A stretch of DNA of 64,000 bases from Cystobasidiomycetes sp. EMM_F5 (GCA_051047955.1 JBPGPT010000007.1:1-64000); one strand, 5' to 3'; numbered from the stretch's first letter, positions 39,602-54,109 are shown. Translations and numbers: made by a program. The notes: generated by a model not told the origin, from the sequence alone.

Positions 39602-41917
39602 ATGGCCATCGAGGACCCGCGCAATGGGAACGATAACGCGGGCGCGTCGATACTGCTCATTGGATTCAGAGGCGTAGGAAAGAGCACGCTCGCTCTCATC
39701 GTCGCAACGTATCTCGGCAGACCCTTCATCGACTGCGACAGAGCCCTGTCTAAGCACGCCGGATGTACCCCAAACGAGTACATCGACAGACACTCCTGGG
39801 AAGGCTTTCGGTGCGTAGAAGGTATCCGGATAGTGTCCAAGAGCTAATGTATCGTGCTCTTTGGGCCGGCAGCGACCTCGAGACTGAAATCCTGCGAAAG
39901 ATCCTCGAACAATGCTCCCAAGGCTTCGTTATCGCCTGCGGGGGTGGTGTGGTCGAGCGAGAAGAGAACCGCAACATGCTCAAAGAGTATGGCAGACGCG
40001 GTGGACCCGTTATACACCTCACCCGCGAAAAAGAAAACGTCATTAGCTACCTTATCAACGAAAAGACCCGCCCGCAGTGGGGAGAAGAGATTCGGTCAGG
40101 TGAGTCGCTGTGCATGCTCTCGCATCGACAGCGGACTGACTCTATCGCTTCCCCTGCCAGTCTGGAGCAAGCGATTCCCTCTGTACGAAGAATGCTGTAC
40201 ACATACATACTACTCCCTCACCGCCAAGCGAGACGTGCACGAACCGTCCCTGGTCCTCAAGGATGTTGAGCGAGACTTTACTCGTTTTGTGCGCCGTGTC
40301 TTGAGCTCAACACCCGAACCCTTGCCAGACAACCGTCGGCGTTCGTACGTTATCTCGCTCGCAAATTTGGATCCCAAGACGTTGACCCGCAAACTGCTGG
40401 AAAATGCGACGCATGGGGTAGACGCCATCGAATTACGCGTTGACACTCTCAAGGCTAAAACCGCCCTTGGATCGCCATTCAACTCCCCCTTTGGCACTCC
40501 CAATCTTAATCCAGGATTCCACGATGTCAGCTATGTAGCCTTTGCAGTCGCACAGATTCGCAATCTCTCGCCTCTGCCCATCATCTACACCGTCAGGACC
40601 ATCCGACAAAACGGCAGCTATGTCCTTGATGAATCGTCTCGACAATCTTACATCACGCTGCTAATCTCGGCAATCAAGATGGGTGTAGAATACATCGACC
40701 TGGAAATAGATCTAGGCCCTGAACTCATTACGGAAATAATGCAACATCGGTCACACACGACTCGGGTGATCCTTTCACACGTCGACTATTCTCACAGGCT
40801 CCAGTGGCAACAGGCAGAGGTCCTCCAGCTGTACGAACACGCAGTCAGTCTTGGCGCCGATATCGTAAAGCTGTCTCTGTACGCAGCGACGCCAGCTGAC
40901 AATCAAAAGCTAGCCGATTTCATACACCATGTTGAGCGGAGTGGGGGGGACGATGAGTCATCTCCGAGAGTACCTGTTATTGCCCTGAATACAGGGAAAG
41001 CGGGAGAAGCCTCCGCTCGGTTCAATCATCTCTTTACTCCGGTATCTCACCCATCTTTAAGGAGTCTAAACTCGCTGGGTATCCTGCATTTCCCAGCTTT
41101 GCAGAGATCGCTGCTGAACAGTGGAGCGGAGGCTTTGAAGTACGTGGCCATCGCTCGCAATGGGAGTGGCCGCATGCATCGGAGACAAGTATGGCTTCGG
41201 GCAGTTGATATGTTGGGCCTTCCCGTGGAAATCACAGACGAGGACGACGCTGTCGACCGCGAACAGTTATCAGCAGCATTGCTAGATGCGAAGGTTCACG
41301 ACAAACTGGACTCGATCGGCCTTTCTTCTCCCTCCGCGATATGGACTGGACATATCGATACGGCCTTTAGGGATCCTCATACTAATACCCTTACCTATCA
41401 CAACATCCGCTCCGTGGCCATGGCGGCCTTCATTCAGACACGGCTTGCGCCGATTAATGCAATCACTGAAGTCACTACGGCAATACTGATTGGTGCCAAA
41501 GATGCATACGGAAAAGAAACTGCATTCGCCTTGCTGGAATCAGGCGTGCGACATGTCGTTTGCGTGGATAGCGATACATCAATGCCGGAGGATGGCCGGA
41601 TTGTTCACCTAACAACGCCCGAACAGCTCTCAAGTAGACAGTACCCAACTCTGGTCCTCACGTTCACTGATCCTACAAAGACTGTGATACCTGTGACTTC
41701 GTTACTCTCGTCTCCAACTGGCGGAACAATTTTGACTTTAGGGGATGCTGCCTCAAGCGTAGGCTGGAAAGAGTGCCTTCAAAGCAATGGTCTGAGTCAT
41801 GCATGGGTGCATTCGAATCATCACGATATTGAGATGGCCACTATCAGAGAGCAATTCCAGCTCATTACTGGATACCGGCTACCTGAAGCCGCATTGAAGG
41901 ACACCGTGATAGATTGA
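39602..41917 (+). CDS. qutR: AROM-derived quinate repressor (shikimate-kinase-like + type I DHQase-like + degenerate shikimate-DH-like), ~730 aa, 3 exons
   Basis: ASILLIGFRGVGKSTLA, VIACGGGVVE, GVDAIELRVD, PIIYTVRT, EYIDLE, GADIVKL, FTPVSHPSL; no DHQ-synthase or EPSPS domains. Exons 39602-39810, 39873-40099, 40161-41917. Confidence 0.8.
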
Positions 41918-42012
41918 TGGGTGGATGGATTGGCTAAACAGGGAAAATGGCAGCGTAGCGGGATTGCGGGAAGTCAAGGGGACCGCCGACTAGTGGTGTT
42001 GTTGTACTTGTG

Positions 42013-45000
42013 TCAATTTGTCCTCCATAGATCTCCATCTCCCTTCGTCCATCTGTCCAGCATACCGGTAAAGCCTGAAAGCTCGTTCGGGGAAGAAGCG
42101 CGACTGAATCGGGGCATGTCAATAGAGCCAAGTGCTGCGATAACGTCTGTTTGCGCCCAGCTTGCTGCATCAAAAGCCTTCTGATTATCCAATTTTCCAT
42201 TCTCAAAGAGGCTACTCAGTGCCTGGTGCGGCAGAGAATAACTTTCAGGCAACCCAATACTCTGGGCAGATGGCTGCGCTACTGTTGTGAAGTGGCCAAT
42301 AGCTTGACCCGCCTGACTGCGAGGATGGTCATGGGCAGACTGAGCAGAAACCGGCGGTAGTACACCATTCGTGTAGTGGTCCAGCGATGCCCAATCCATC
42401 TGGAGCGCAGATGAAGTTGAAAACAGGTCGTCCGGCAGGCTGCTCGCATATGTCATGCTTGCAGCCGAAGTGAAAGGAACAACAGAAGATTGAGCGGCAT
42501 GGCCGTTGATGGCGGTTCCGTGCTTGCCAGGGCTGCTCCTCAGACTCATGCAATGCTGGACCCGCTGAGAGGGCAGCGAAGCGAGCAGCTTCTCCATCAT
42601 GTTGGGAAAGATGTGCTGCAGTTGAAGCATTGCAGTAATGTCGGAAGGTTCTTCCATGACAAGATCCGAACTCAGCGTTGCTATCGTGAAACAGAGCAGC
42701 GATGTCGCTATAGTCGATCGGTAGAAGGTGTGGACACGCCTTCGAGCCTCCAAGAACCGTTGAGCAGTACGTATGTCTTCTCGTACAGCGTTCACTGACA
42801 AATCACCAATACTGATTCTGCATAGAGACAGCTCTTTCAGTTTCCACGTCACCTTCTGTGGTGAAACAGACGTACAGCTCTCTCTGGATGACAAGGCGCC
42901 AGTGCAAGTGAGAGAGGTGGACATCGACCCGATGTTGTGGCTGTGCACCGATTGATTCGTCTTCTGGCGTAAGCTCTGGTAGTTGCGCTCTCAGAACTTC
43001 CAGATCGTCCCAGCATCCCCTGAGCGAGTCGACTTCTGCTCGCGTACGCTCGACGGCATTCGCGATGGTCAAGATCTTTTGTGCAATCTTTGCAAGCGAC
43101 ACGGACTGATTGAAAATGGAGTATATGCGTGAGGGTACAGGAGGTCGGTGCTGTGCCAAAGAAGCCACGGACGGAGTAGGCTGCGAAGTGTTGTACATGT
43201 TTTCGAGATCGTCTGGCATTTCGCGTTTCCAGAAATCCCATTCGTCGTATCCGCTCGAAGGCAAATCGAGGACCGCAGTAATACCAGGACACAGTGGCCA
43301 TCGTCCAAGCTGAGAAGCTAGTGCAGTGTCTAGGACGACTATAGAATACCACGTCAGCAGGCGGGTGGTCTGTTCGCCTTCAACATTGGTAGTGCTTGTT
43401 GGCGGTACATGCAAACCAAGGTGGAGAGCTAGCCCTATCGTTTGAGCTACGGGGATGCGTTGAGAGACACAAGCAGTAAGCTAAGGCGATGCACGGTCCA
43501 GTGTGACGGCACTCACCGAGTCCTACCCACGCCAATGTAAGTTGACCTTCACCCCAATCTGCCAAGCTGAGCAGGAGCATAGCTTGCACGGTATGCAAGG
43601 ATGAATTGTGCAATTCTTCGAGTATGCGCGACCGAGCATGTTGACGCAGTTTGCTGGCCTGAGCGTGCAGGTCGACTATGGGTGAAGGGGCCATATAAGG
43701 CGTTGCGATTGCAAAAATTGCATATAGTAACGCCCATGGAAGTGTAACATCCTTGGCAATGTGCGGATTGCACGACCACTGCATGATATCGAGCCGAGAG
43801 CACATGGGCAAGTATGGGTGAACAATGTTGAGGTAGGCTTCGAAGAGTTTGTTGCGCTGCAAGTCAGACGGAAGGTCCGGCAGATCCAGAGCATGTAGTG
43901 CAGCGTCTCTCGATACAGCATGGAGCACGGGTGGAGTCTTGCCTAGATCGACAAAGCCTGATGTTGCTCCAAAAATGCGAGCATTGCGGCCACTTTTACC
44001 CGGTTCCCAGATTATTCGGTAGGGCAACCTTGAACTGCTGTTTGCAGATGGCGAGTCAAGATCGCTATTGTATGTAGCAAGTGGATCGGCCAGGAAAGAG
44101 ATGTCGCCCATCGATCGACTCTTGTTGTGCATTGGAAGGCCTTGAGTGTGGTTCCGGCTAAAGCCGTTGAGAGGGGCATGAAGCGAAGTTGATGGCAGCT
44201 GGATCGTGTAGGAAGAGGTGGAAGAGGGGCCAGCAGTGCTTAGCATCTGCAGAGCTGTGGCAGGCGTGAAGGGAGAAGGAGGTGTTTGCTCGCTCGACCC
44301 GGTCATCTGATCCAGTGTGAGGGCGAGTGGAGGCTGTTGCGAGGCATTGAGATGGCTAAGAACTGGTATACTGTGACCTGCAAAGAGATTACTGCTGTTG
44401 TCGGCTGTGCTGTGCGGTATGAGCCAGGATGTCGATGCTGATGACCCCGCGTGCTGCCGTTCGAGCTCGTCTTTCGGCATGGGCGGAGGGGATATATCGC
44501 CTCCGTTCTCGCCGTCTCCGTCATTCTGGTCTTCGTCAAAGTATCTCCCCACGGCGGAAGCTCGAAAGATGGAGTGCTTTACGGTCGCAGAGGAATGGCT
44601 GTTGGCAGAGTCTTCGAGCAACGCGTCGAGCGAGGGGGGAAGATGGGGCTGGAGCAGTCCGGGAACTGCACTTGGGTCATACTTTTGAATCCCGAGCAGC
44701 ATCTCGCTGATCCCTTCCAGACCTGGCAGGACTCGGTACAGGTCGTGGAGATGGGTCGACAGCCGCTGCACTTTGGCCTGTACGTTCTTTCCGGGAACGG
44801 GACCTCTTCTTCGCGGGACAGTCCAGCCGCACTCTGAGCCCTTTGCTGCGCAAGGTGCGCAAACTGGCTCTTTGCCGTCGCATTTGACCCTTCGTTTCCG
44901 GCAGGTCTGGTTGGAACACCAAGGGAGGTCAGCGTCAATATCAGTGTCAGTGTCAGTGTCAGCATCAGTCTTCGTCGTCGTCCATTGCTACAATCTCACA

Positions 45001-45053
45001 TTGCAAGACTGGGTCACCCTCCGCTTCTTGCTGGCCCGGTCATCGTCGGCCAT
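42013..45053 (-). CDS. Zn(II)2Cys6 transcription factor with fungal TF middle-homology region; putative quinate activator (qutA/qa-1F role)
   Basis: Spliced KKRRVTQSCN|TCRKRRVKCDGKEPVCAPCAAKGSECGW; YLNIVHPYLP, SSLHTVQAMLLLS, TWYSIVVLDTALASQLGR. Activator role inferred from position only. Confidence 0.85.
44928..44970 (-). repeat. Tandem CTGACA-type hexamers inside intron 1 of the Zn2Cys6 gene
   Basis: Plus strand tcagtgtcagtgtcagtgtcagcatcagtc, plus gtcagc at 44928. Confidence 0.6.
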
Positions 45054-45538
45054 TATTGCGACCGATATTGCTGCCTTTTCGAATATAAAAGGCAGCTTTT
45101 ACTCCATCACTGCATGGTCATTGTCATCGCTGCTGCATAGTCAGGCTCATTTGCACTTGGTCTCCATTTCAAGTTGGCTATTTACAAAGCTGGCCGGAAA
45201 AGAAAGAAGCAAGAAAGAAGACTATTCATTTCCGAATAACCTATTGAAAAGCTTTGACCAGGTCATATCGCAGGTAGATATCCTCGTCAAAGTTGCTGAA
45301 GCCATCGTCCAAGCTGCGGTATGCTCCTCCAGACTCCTCGGATATCCGTCAGCAAGATCATCCGCCGTCGCGAAAACATTTAGGGCTATGGAAAAATAGG
45401 TCAAAGATGGGAGAGATTATTGGAGATGCAAAGGAATGTGAGGAGCTTCGAGCACTGCGACTGGGACAGAGTCAGCTCTACTGACAGTGCAAACACAGAT
45501 CCAGTCTCCGTAGAAGCCGCCGAGCTCGACGCACCATC

Positions 45539-46739
45539 ATGCCCAGGTCATCCAGATATGCTATCGCAACCCTATCCCTCGGGAGCTGCGAGATTCACTC
45601 GCTTGAAAGCAAGCTCGTTGCCGCCAGCAACGCAGGCTTTCGTCGCCTAGAGCTATTCGTCGCAGATTTCGAAAAGTACGTCAGCCTCTACCTCCAGGAG
45701 AAGGGCCTGTCGTCATCTGTCGAGTCGCGACTGTCAGCAACGAGGAACCTGCGCGCAATAGCAAAGAACCTCGACATTACCTTCAACTGCTTGCAACCGT
45801 TGCGCGACGTGGAAGGAAACGTCGACCCGGTAAAGCGAGCTAAAAAGGTTGAAGAAGTCAGGCAGTACTTTGCGATATGCAACATTCTCGACATCGACCT
45901 CATCCTATGCTGCTCCAGCAACGATCCAGAGTCGGATGGAAGGGTGTCAGTCATCTCGCGAGACCTCGTAGAATACGCAGACATGGCCAAGCAATGGCAG
46001 GCGCAGAACGGAGGGGCCTTGATTCGCATTGGGTATGAAGGGTGAGTCCACGAATGTCAACATACGCTTGGGTGCTGTCGTCTAATACCCTCAAACAAGA
46101 TTGTCGTGGGGAACGCACGTCAACACCTGGTCGCAAGCATGGGCATGCGTAAACCACGAACCTCGTCCAAATCTGGGCCTCATTGTAGACTCGTTCAACT
46201 CGCTTGGGAGAGAATATGCCGATCCTTATAATGCTCCCACTGGCCTGCAGCGTTCCCCCGCCGCATCCATTGTGTTCCTCCGCCAACACCTCAATCAGCT
46301 CATCTCGACAGTACCCGGCAACAAAATCTTCCTCTTCCAGGTTGCCGATGCATGCATGCCACCCGCTCACCTATCACGCCCACCACCGCCCGAGTCTGGT
46401 ACTCCGCGACTGCTGCCCTGGTCGAGGAACTGCAGACTGTTTCCACTTGAAGTTGAGCGAGGCGCATACCTCCCTGTCACGGCGTATGCGAGGGCAGTAT
46501 TGGCGACGGGGTACCAAGGAGATCTCAGTCTAGAAGTCTTCAACGCTTCCCTGCACGAGGCAAACAAAGACGTCCCTATGCAACACGCAACTCGCGCATA
46601 CTCTGCGTTGGAACGGCTGGACCGTGCGCTCGATGAGCAAGTCGACGAATCCAAGACGGAGCGGCCTGACTCGCCGCGCAGAGTACGAGGGAGTCCGAGA
46701 GTAGCTTTGGTTCCGCTGCAGCCAGCGTCTGCGATGTGA
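45539..46739 (+). CDS. qutC: 3-dehydroshikimate dehydratase (qutC/qa-4-like; xylose-isomerase/AP-endonuclease-2 TIM barrel)
   Basis: YAIATLSLG, AASNAGFRRLELF, CLQPLRDVEG, spliced IGYEGLSWGTHVNTW, NLGLIVDSFN, KIFLFQVADA, WSRNCRLFPLE, SLEVFN; one intron. Confidence 0.9.
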
Positions 46740-46982
46740 ATGAGCGAGTCTCCACAATTTTCACGTTTTTAGCAGCATTATCAGTACATCCCATGTAGCC
46801 ATTCCAACGCCGAGCAAAGCACAGCCTGCGAATGTACGTTAGTAGATGTTGTAGGATCAGCGCAAGCATGTTAGAATGGCATAACAGCTTCCAGGTTATA
46901 TATCGAAGTCAGGTTCAGCTGTTTCGACGACGACGACGGGTTTATGCGCGCTGGCTCGCTCCAACGCACCGCGCGGACATTC

Positions 46983-48805
<1,823 letters not shown>

Positions 48806-48962
48806 GACAACTTAATAAATCGTACCAGCGTGTAGCGTAGCTCGTTCTCAAGCTCAAATATTGCCATATCCCCGCTTTTTGACTGTTGTTTTGAGCGTTT
48901 CCAAGTTGAACACCAACCAAAACTGAGCATTGCCGTCTTTACCGTCACCACCACCAAACACT

Positions 48963-50419
48963 ATGGGCGAGTCACGCAGCGAGCTCATCGCCTGGCTCAA
49001 TGAACTGCTCCAGCCCAGTCCGAGCATCACCAAAATCGAGTGGGCCGGTGTCTTTCGCAAACGTCGAAAAAGAACAAAGTCCAACAACCTGACCATTGCC
49101 AACTCTTTCTCCAATCTAATTGACAATGTCCGCCTAACCTGCCAGGTCACTCGGCTCTGGCGCGTCGTTTTGCGCCGTTCTCGATAGCATATACGGTGCT
49201 CAATAGCCCCAGCAAAAGGCGTCAATCAAGGCCAAGTGCTGAGTACTTATATGCATCTTCTAGGCGACGTCCCGTTACATAGGGTCAAGTTCCAGGCCAA
49301 CAGCGAAGTGAGCGCCGTTGCCAGGTTAGCTCGCTTGATTCAAGGTCTGAACAATACAATCTCTGCGCTCGTCTATGGGGTACTCGGGATACTCTATCGA
49401 CGCGTAAAGTATCAGTGAGTTCCTCAGACGGACGTGCCGTCACGCTATCTGAGAAGCATTTACTCTAACAATGACGCTTGAATCAGATATGTAGCCAACT
49501 TCAAGGCAAGTGACATGAACGATCAACGATTCGACACTTATCGATATACTCGCTCCAGGTACTCCAAGACACATTCAAAGCGCATAAAATCGACAAAATG
49601 ATTCCCGTCGAAAGGCTCGTAAAGTGCAAAATGCAGTCAGCCAATGCAATAACGCGTCATAATGTCCTAGATGGCACCGTACTGATACATCTGTGTCATT
49701 GCTACCAGAGATAATCTGGAATTCTGCCAATGGATCAAGCGGTTCTGGGACGCCAATACGCCGGGGATAGAGTATGACGCGGTTGGTCGGAGAGGCGGGC
49801 AAGCGAGTGGGGCGTGAGTGAAAAAATACGGTCAGTCATGTTGGCGTGCATTGATGTGCCTGTCTCTACAGCCGCGGCCAAACACCTACAGCATCATCAT
49901 CTGCTGCTGCCCGCACGACTGCTTCGCGTACTGCAGTCCGCACGAGTGCTGCCTCTTCCAATGATCGCCCGCCAAGTACCTCTACCAGTGCAACGCGCCG
50001 TCCGCTGGCTGGATCAGCGGGCGCTGTGCCGGCTGGACGAATAGGGTATGCGGCAGCGAGGCCTTCTGCCGGGTCTGCCAACCAGGAAGCCATCAATGCG
50101 CTGACTGAGCAAATGTCCGAGATGCGCGTGTCTGTCGAGGCGCTAGAGAAGGAGCGAGACTTTTACTTTGGCAAGTTGCGGGATATAGAGGTGATTATTG
50201 CCGAGCGGCTCGAGGACGGGTCGAGCGAGTCTACGGCGGACACGGACATCCTGAAGCGGATACAGGGCATCTTGTATCAAACGGAGGTGCGTCTGTGCAT
50301 CATCACACGAGTGTAGTGATACTCTACTGACTGTCTGCCTCCAGGAGGGCTTTGAGGTCCCAGACTTGGACGGGGAGGTTGCGGAGAACGGGCTGCTGGA
50401 CGAGGAGGAGACCTTTTAG
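48963..50419 (+). CDS. BIM1: EB1-family microtubule plus-end binding protein
   Basis: MGESRSELIAWLNELL, CKMQDNLEFCQWIKRFWD, LEKERDFYFGKLRDIE, C-terminal DEEETF*. Confidence 0.93.
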
Positions 50420-50597
50420 GCGGTGTAGAGTAGACCATTGCGGTTGTCGTCGTTGGAGTTTCAGTTCTTTTCAACCCATGTCTCCACTTTTAAAAGTTGC
50501 CAGGGCTGTCTCGATGTTTCCAGCACTTGCCATGAAGCAATGTTTTAAATGAAAAGCAGGTTTGCTCTGCTCTTTTCATTACAATCAAACAGTAATA

Positions 50598-53500
50598 ATG
50601 GCCTCCGGATACAAGTTTACAGAGGGTGGGAGGGTTTATTACTGATTGATTAATACAAAGCTGATTGTATCCATTGTATTCAACGTCCAGCCGCTCAAAA
50701 GGTCCTCGAAGCTGCAAGAGACCTCGCAAGAGAAAACAGCAATTCGAGCATAGTCCCAGCGCATATCGCAGCCGCGTTGCTCGACGAAGGCAGCGGAGAC
50801 CCAACAAAAGCTTCGTCTTCGTCGTCTGGCAGCGCTGGCTTGTTTGTTAACGTCCTGCAAAAGGCAGGCGCAACCGTCGAAACGATACGGCGAAACGTCA
50901 GCCGCGTCGTAGTCAGGCTCCCAGCTCAGGATCCTCCCCCCGACGATATTTCCTTCTCTGGCCCCACACTGCGTATCCTCCAGGCCGCTCAGAAGGCGTC
51001 AAAGGAAGGCGGAGATTCGTTTATCGGCACCATCCACCTCATCGTACCCGTGTGCAAGGACAGCTCCATCGCCCCATTCATCAAAGAGGCAGGAACGTCA
51101 GACGCTTCCATCCAAGAAGCGGTCAATGCCGTAAAGTCGGGCAAAAAGGTAGACTCGGCCTCGGCGGAAGAGTCATTCGAAGCGCTGTCAAAGTATGCCG
51201 TCGACCTCACTGCCCTGGCCGCAGAGGGCAAGCTAGACCCAGTCATTGCAAGAGACGACGAGATACGTCGATGTATACGGATCCTGTCTCGCCGGAGCAA
51301 GAACAATCCGGTCTTGATTGGAGAGCCGGGAGTGGGAAAGAGCGCAGTTGCAGAAGGACTGGCACAGCGAATCGTCGCACGGGATGTGCCGGTCAACCTC
51401 CTCGGCAAGCTATACTCCCTAGATATGGGCGCACTCATGGCTGGCGCTTCTTACAAAGGTGCGTAGTGCGTTTTTGTCAGAGCATATATCGCTGATATTC
51501 TAAACTCTGAACAGGTCAATACGAAGAACGGATAAAGAGCGTCATTGACGAGTGCGAGAAATCGGATAATGTAATTCTTTTCATCGGTATGTACGAGTAC
51601 ATTTGAGTATGGCATACAAAGCTGATTATTTCCTTACAGACGAGATGCACTTGTTAGTTGCAGGGAAAGGCGACGGGTCTGGAGGGATGGATGCTGCCAA
51701 CCTGCTCAAGCCCAGTCTCGCTCGCGGTCGAATCAGATGCATCGGTGCCACTACACTTGGCGAATACCGCAAGTACATCGAAAAGGACCCAGCCTTAGCG
51801 AGACGTTTTCAGGAAGTACAGATTGCGGAGCCAACCGTTCCCGCCGCACTTAGCATTCTTCGAGGAATCCGCGAGCGATACGAGCTGCATCATGGTGTTA
51901 CAATCTCGGATGCTGCACTGGTACAGGCAGTCGTCCTTGCACATCGCTATCTCACATCTCGCCGACTGCCAGACAGCGCCATTGATCTCGTAGACGAAGC
52001 CTGCGCGGCCGTGCGCGTTGCTCGAGATTCGCAACCCGAAATCATCGACAAGCTTGAACGAGAACGAACACAGCTTCAGATTGAACTGCACGCGCTGGAA
52101 AGAGAAAAGGAGAGATCGAAAGGTCAGGATGAAGCGGCAAATGATCGACTCGCCCAGGCGCAGGCTAGCTTGCACAGGATTGACGACGAGCTAGCTCCAC
52201 TCAAAGCGCAGTACGAGGCGACAAAGTATCAGCAAGACGAGATTCAAGCAGTCAAGAAGAAGCTGGACGAGATGCAAAACAAGATCGAAGCGGCCATGCG
52301 TATAAACGATATCGCTACCGCCAGTGACATTCGTCATTATGCGATACCCGACTTGACTGCGAGGCTCGAAAAGCTTGAAAAGGAGAAGAAGCAGCGTGAC
52401 ACATCGTCTACCCTCGGTGACGATGAAGTCACGCCAGACGCTATCGCTGAGATTGTTTCTCGCTGGACCGGCATTCCCGCTTCGGCACTAAAGCAGACGG
52501 AGAAGGAGAAGCTCCTGCGACTGGAAAGTCGCCTGGCGAAAGAAGTAGTCGGCCAGCCCGAAGCTCTGAAAGCCATAGCCAACGCCATACGTCTGTCGAG
52601 ATCCGGTTTGGCAGACGAGACTAAACCCATAGCCTCCTTCCTCTTCGTTGGACCCTCGGGTACAGGCAAGACCGCAACTTGCAAAGAGCTTGCCCGACAA
52701 CTGTTCAACGATCCCGACTGTATCTGCCGAATTGATGGCAGCGAATGTAAGTAGCACGATTGTGATACATGATCAGGTGCGAGTACTGATATAACTCTGC
52801 AGACAGCGAAAAGCATAGCATCTCCCGTCTGATTGGTGCTCCTCCTGGATACGTTGGTAAGCAAGAATGATCCTCGCGTTGTGGCGCTCGCTAATGACAT
52901 TCTCGTTGAATAAGGCCACGATGAGGCTGGACAATTGACCGAGTTTGTGGTAAGCGGACTAGCATATGCATTTGCATCTGCAGTTTGAGAAAGCTGATGA
53001 CGTATTTACCTTTACTGTTATAGCGGAGAAAGTACGTACATCTTAGCCAAGGTTACGGAAACGCATGATCTGATTCCTCCCCTTCACAGACCATATTCTA
53101 TTGTCGTCGTGGACGAGATCGAAAAGGCGGCGAGGGAGTTTGTCCTCCTTTTCCTGCAAGTGCTGGACGATGGGCGACTCACCGACAGCCAAGGTCGCGT
53201 TGTCAGCTTCCGACAGTGCATCATCATTATGACGAGTAACCTCGGATCTCAGTACCTCAATGCCCTACCCCCCGACTCGAAGATTACGCCCGAAGCGTCC
53301 GAGGGTGTGCACAATTCCATCCGTGCGCACTTTCCTCCAGAGTTCATCAACCGCATCAGTTCCATCATCATCTTCAACCCGCTCGGACGCAAGCAGGTGA
53401 CTTCGATTGTCAATGTCCGCTTGGCCGAGGTGCAGAAGCGACTGGCAAAGAATGGTAAGAATATCAAGCTGGAGGTGGACGATCAGGCCAAGAGCTGGCT

Positions 53501-53825
53501 AGCGGACATTGGCTACCAGCCTGCCTATGGAGCGCGCCCGCTGAACCGCGCCATTACCAATGAGCTCCTGAATCCGCTGTCGAGGTTGATTATCCAAGAT
53601 CAGATTCGTGATGGGGAGACTGCAAGGGTGACTGCCGACACGAGGGCTAACAGACTCGTCATTATACCCAACCACGAGCCTTCTGTTTCGATGGATGAGA
53701 ACGGCATGGATGTGGACGATGTCATCGATGAAGACGATGTCAGAATAGTGCGTGCTCATGATCACCGCTTCTTCGCTGTGCAAACACCAGCTGACTGTTC
53801 ACATTACCAGGAAGAGCTCGATTAG
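50598..53825 (+). CDS. HSP104: Cytosolic AAA+ disaggregase Hsp104/ClpB
   Basis: N-domain, [14 protein letters not shown], Walker A GEPGVGKS, second [26 protein letters not shown]-terminal EELD*. Confidence 0.95.
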
Positions 53826-54109
53826 ACGTGGAAAGAGAAAGCTGGATGGGGTTGACGGGGTTGAATCTGGAGTAGGTCGCAAGGCGATCAAGACGTGATT
53901 TGGGGGGATGTAACTGCTTTGAATAGCATACCGGGACTGATGTGTACCATCAGAAGATACGTGTTGTCGCTGGAGACGCAATACTTGGGTTGATTATCTC
54001 CGCTATTGCCTGTTTGCCTTCTCAGCTTGTGACCAACCGCAACGGCTCACTTGCGAGCGGCGGCGAGGCTGCGGGGACAGTATATATACGTACGACTAGT
54101 ACTTTAATA

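Noticed and set aside
39602..41917. Pentafunctional AROM (ARO1)
   Set aside because: No DHQ-synthase or EPSP-synthase domains upstream (qutG occupies that space), and the dehydrogenase motifs are lost; fits a repressor better.
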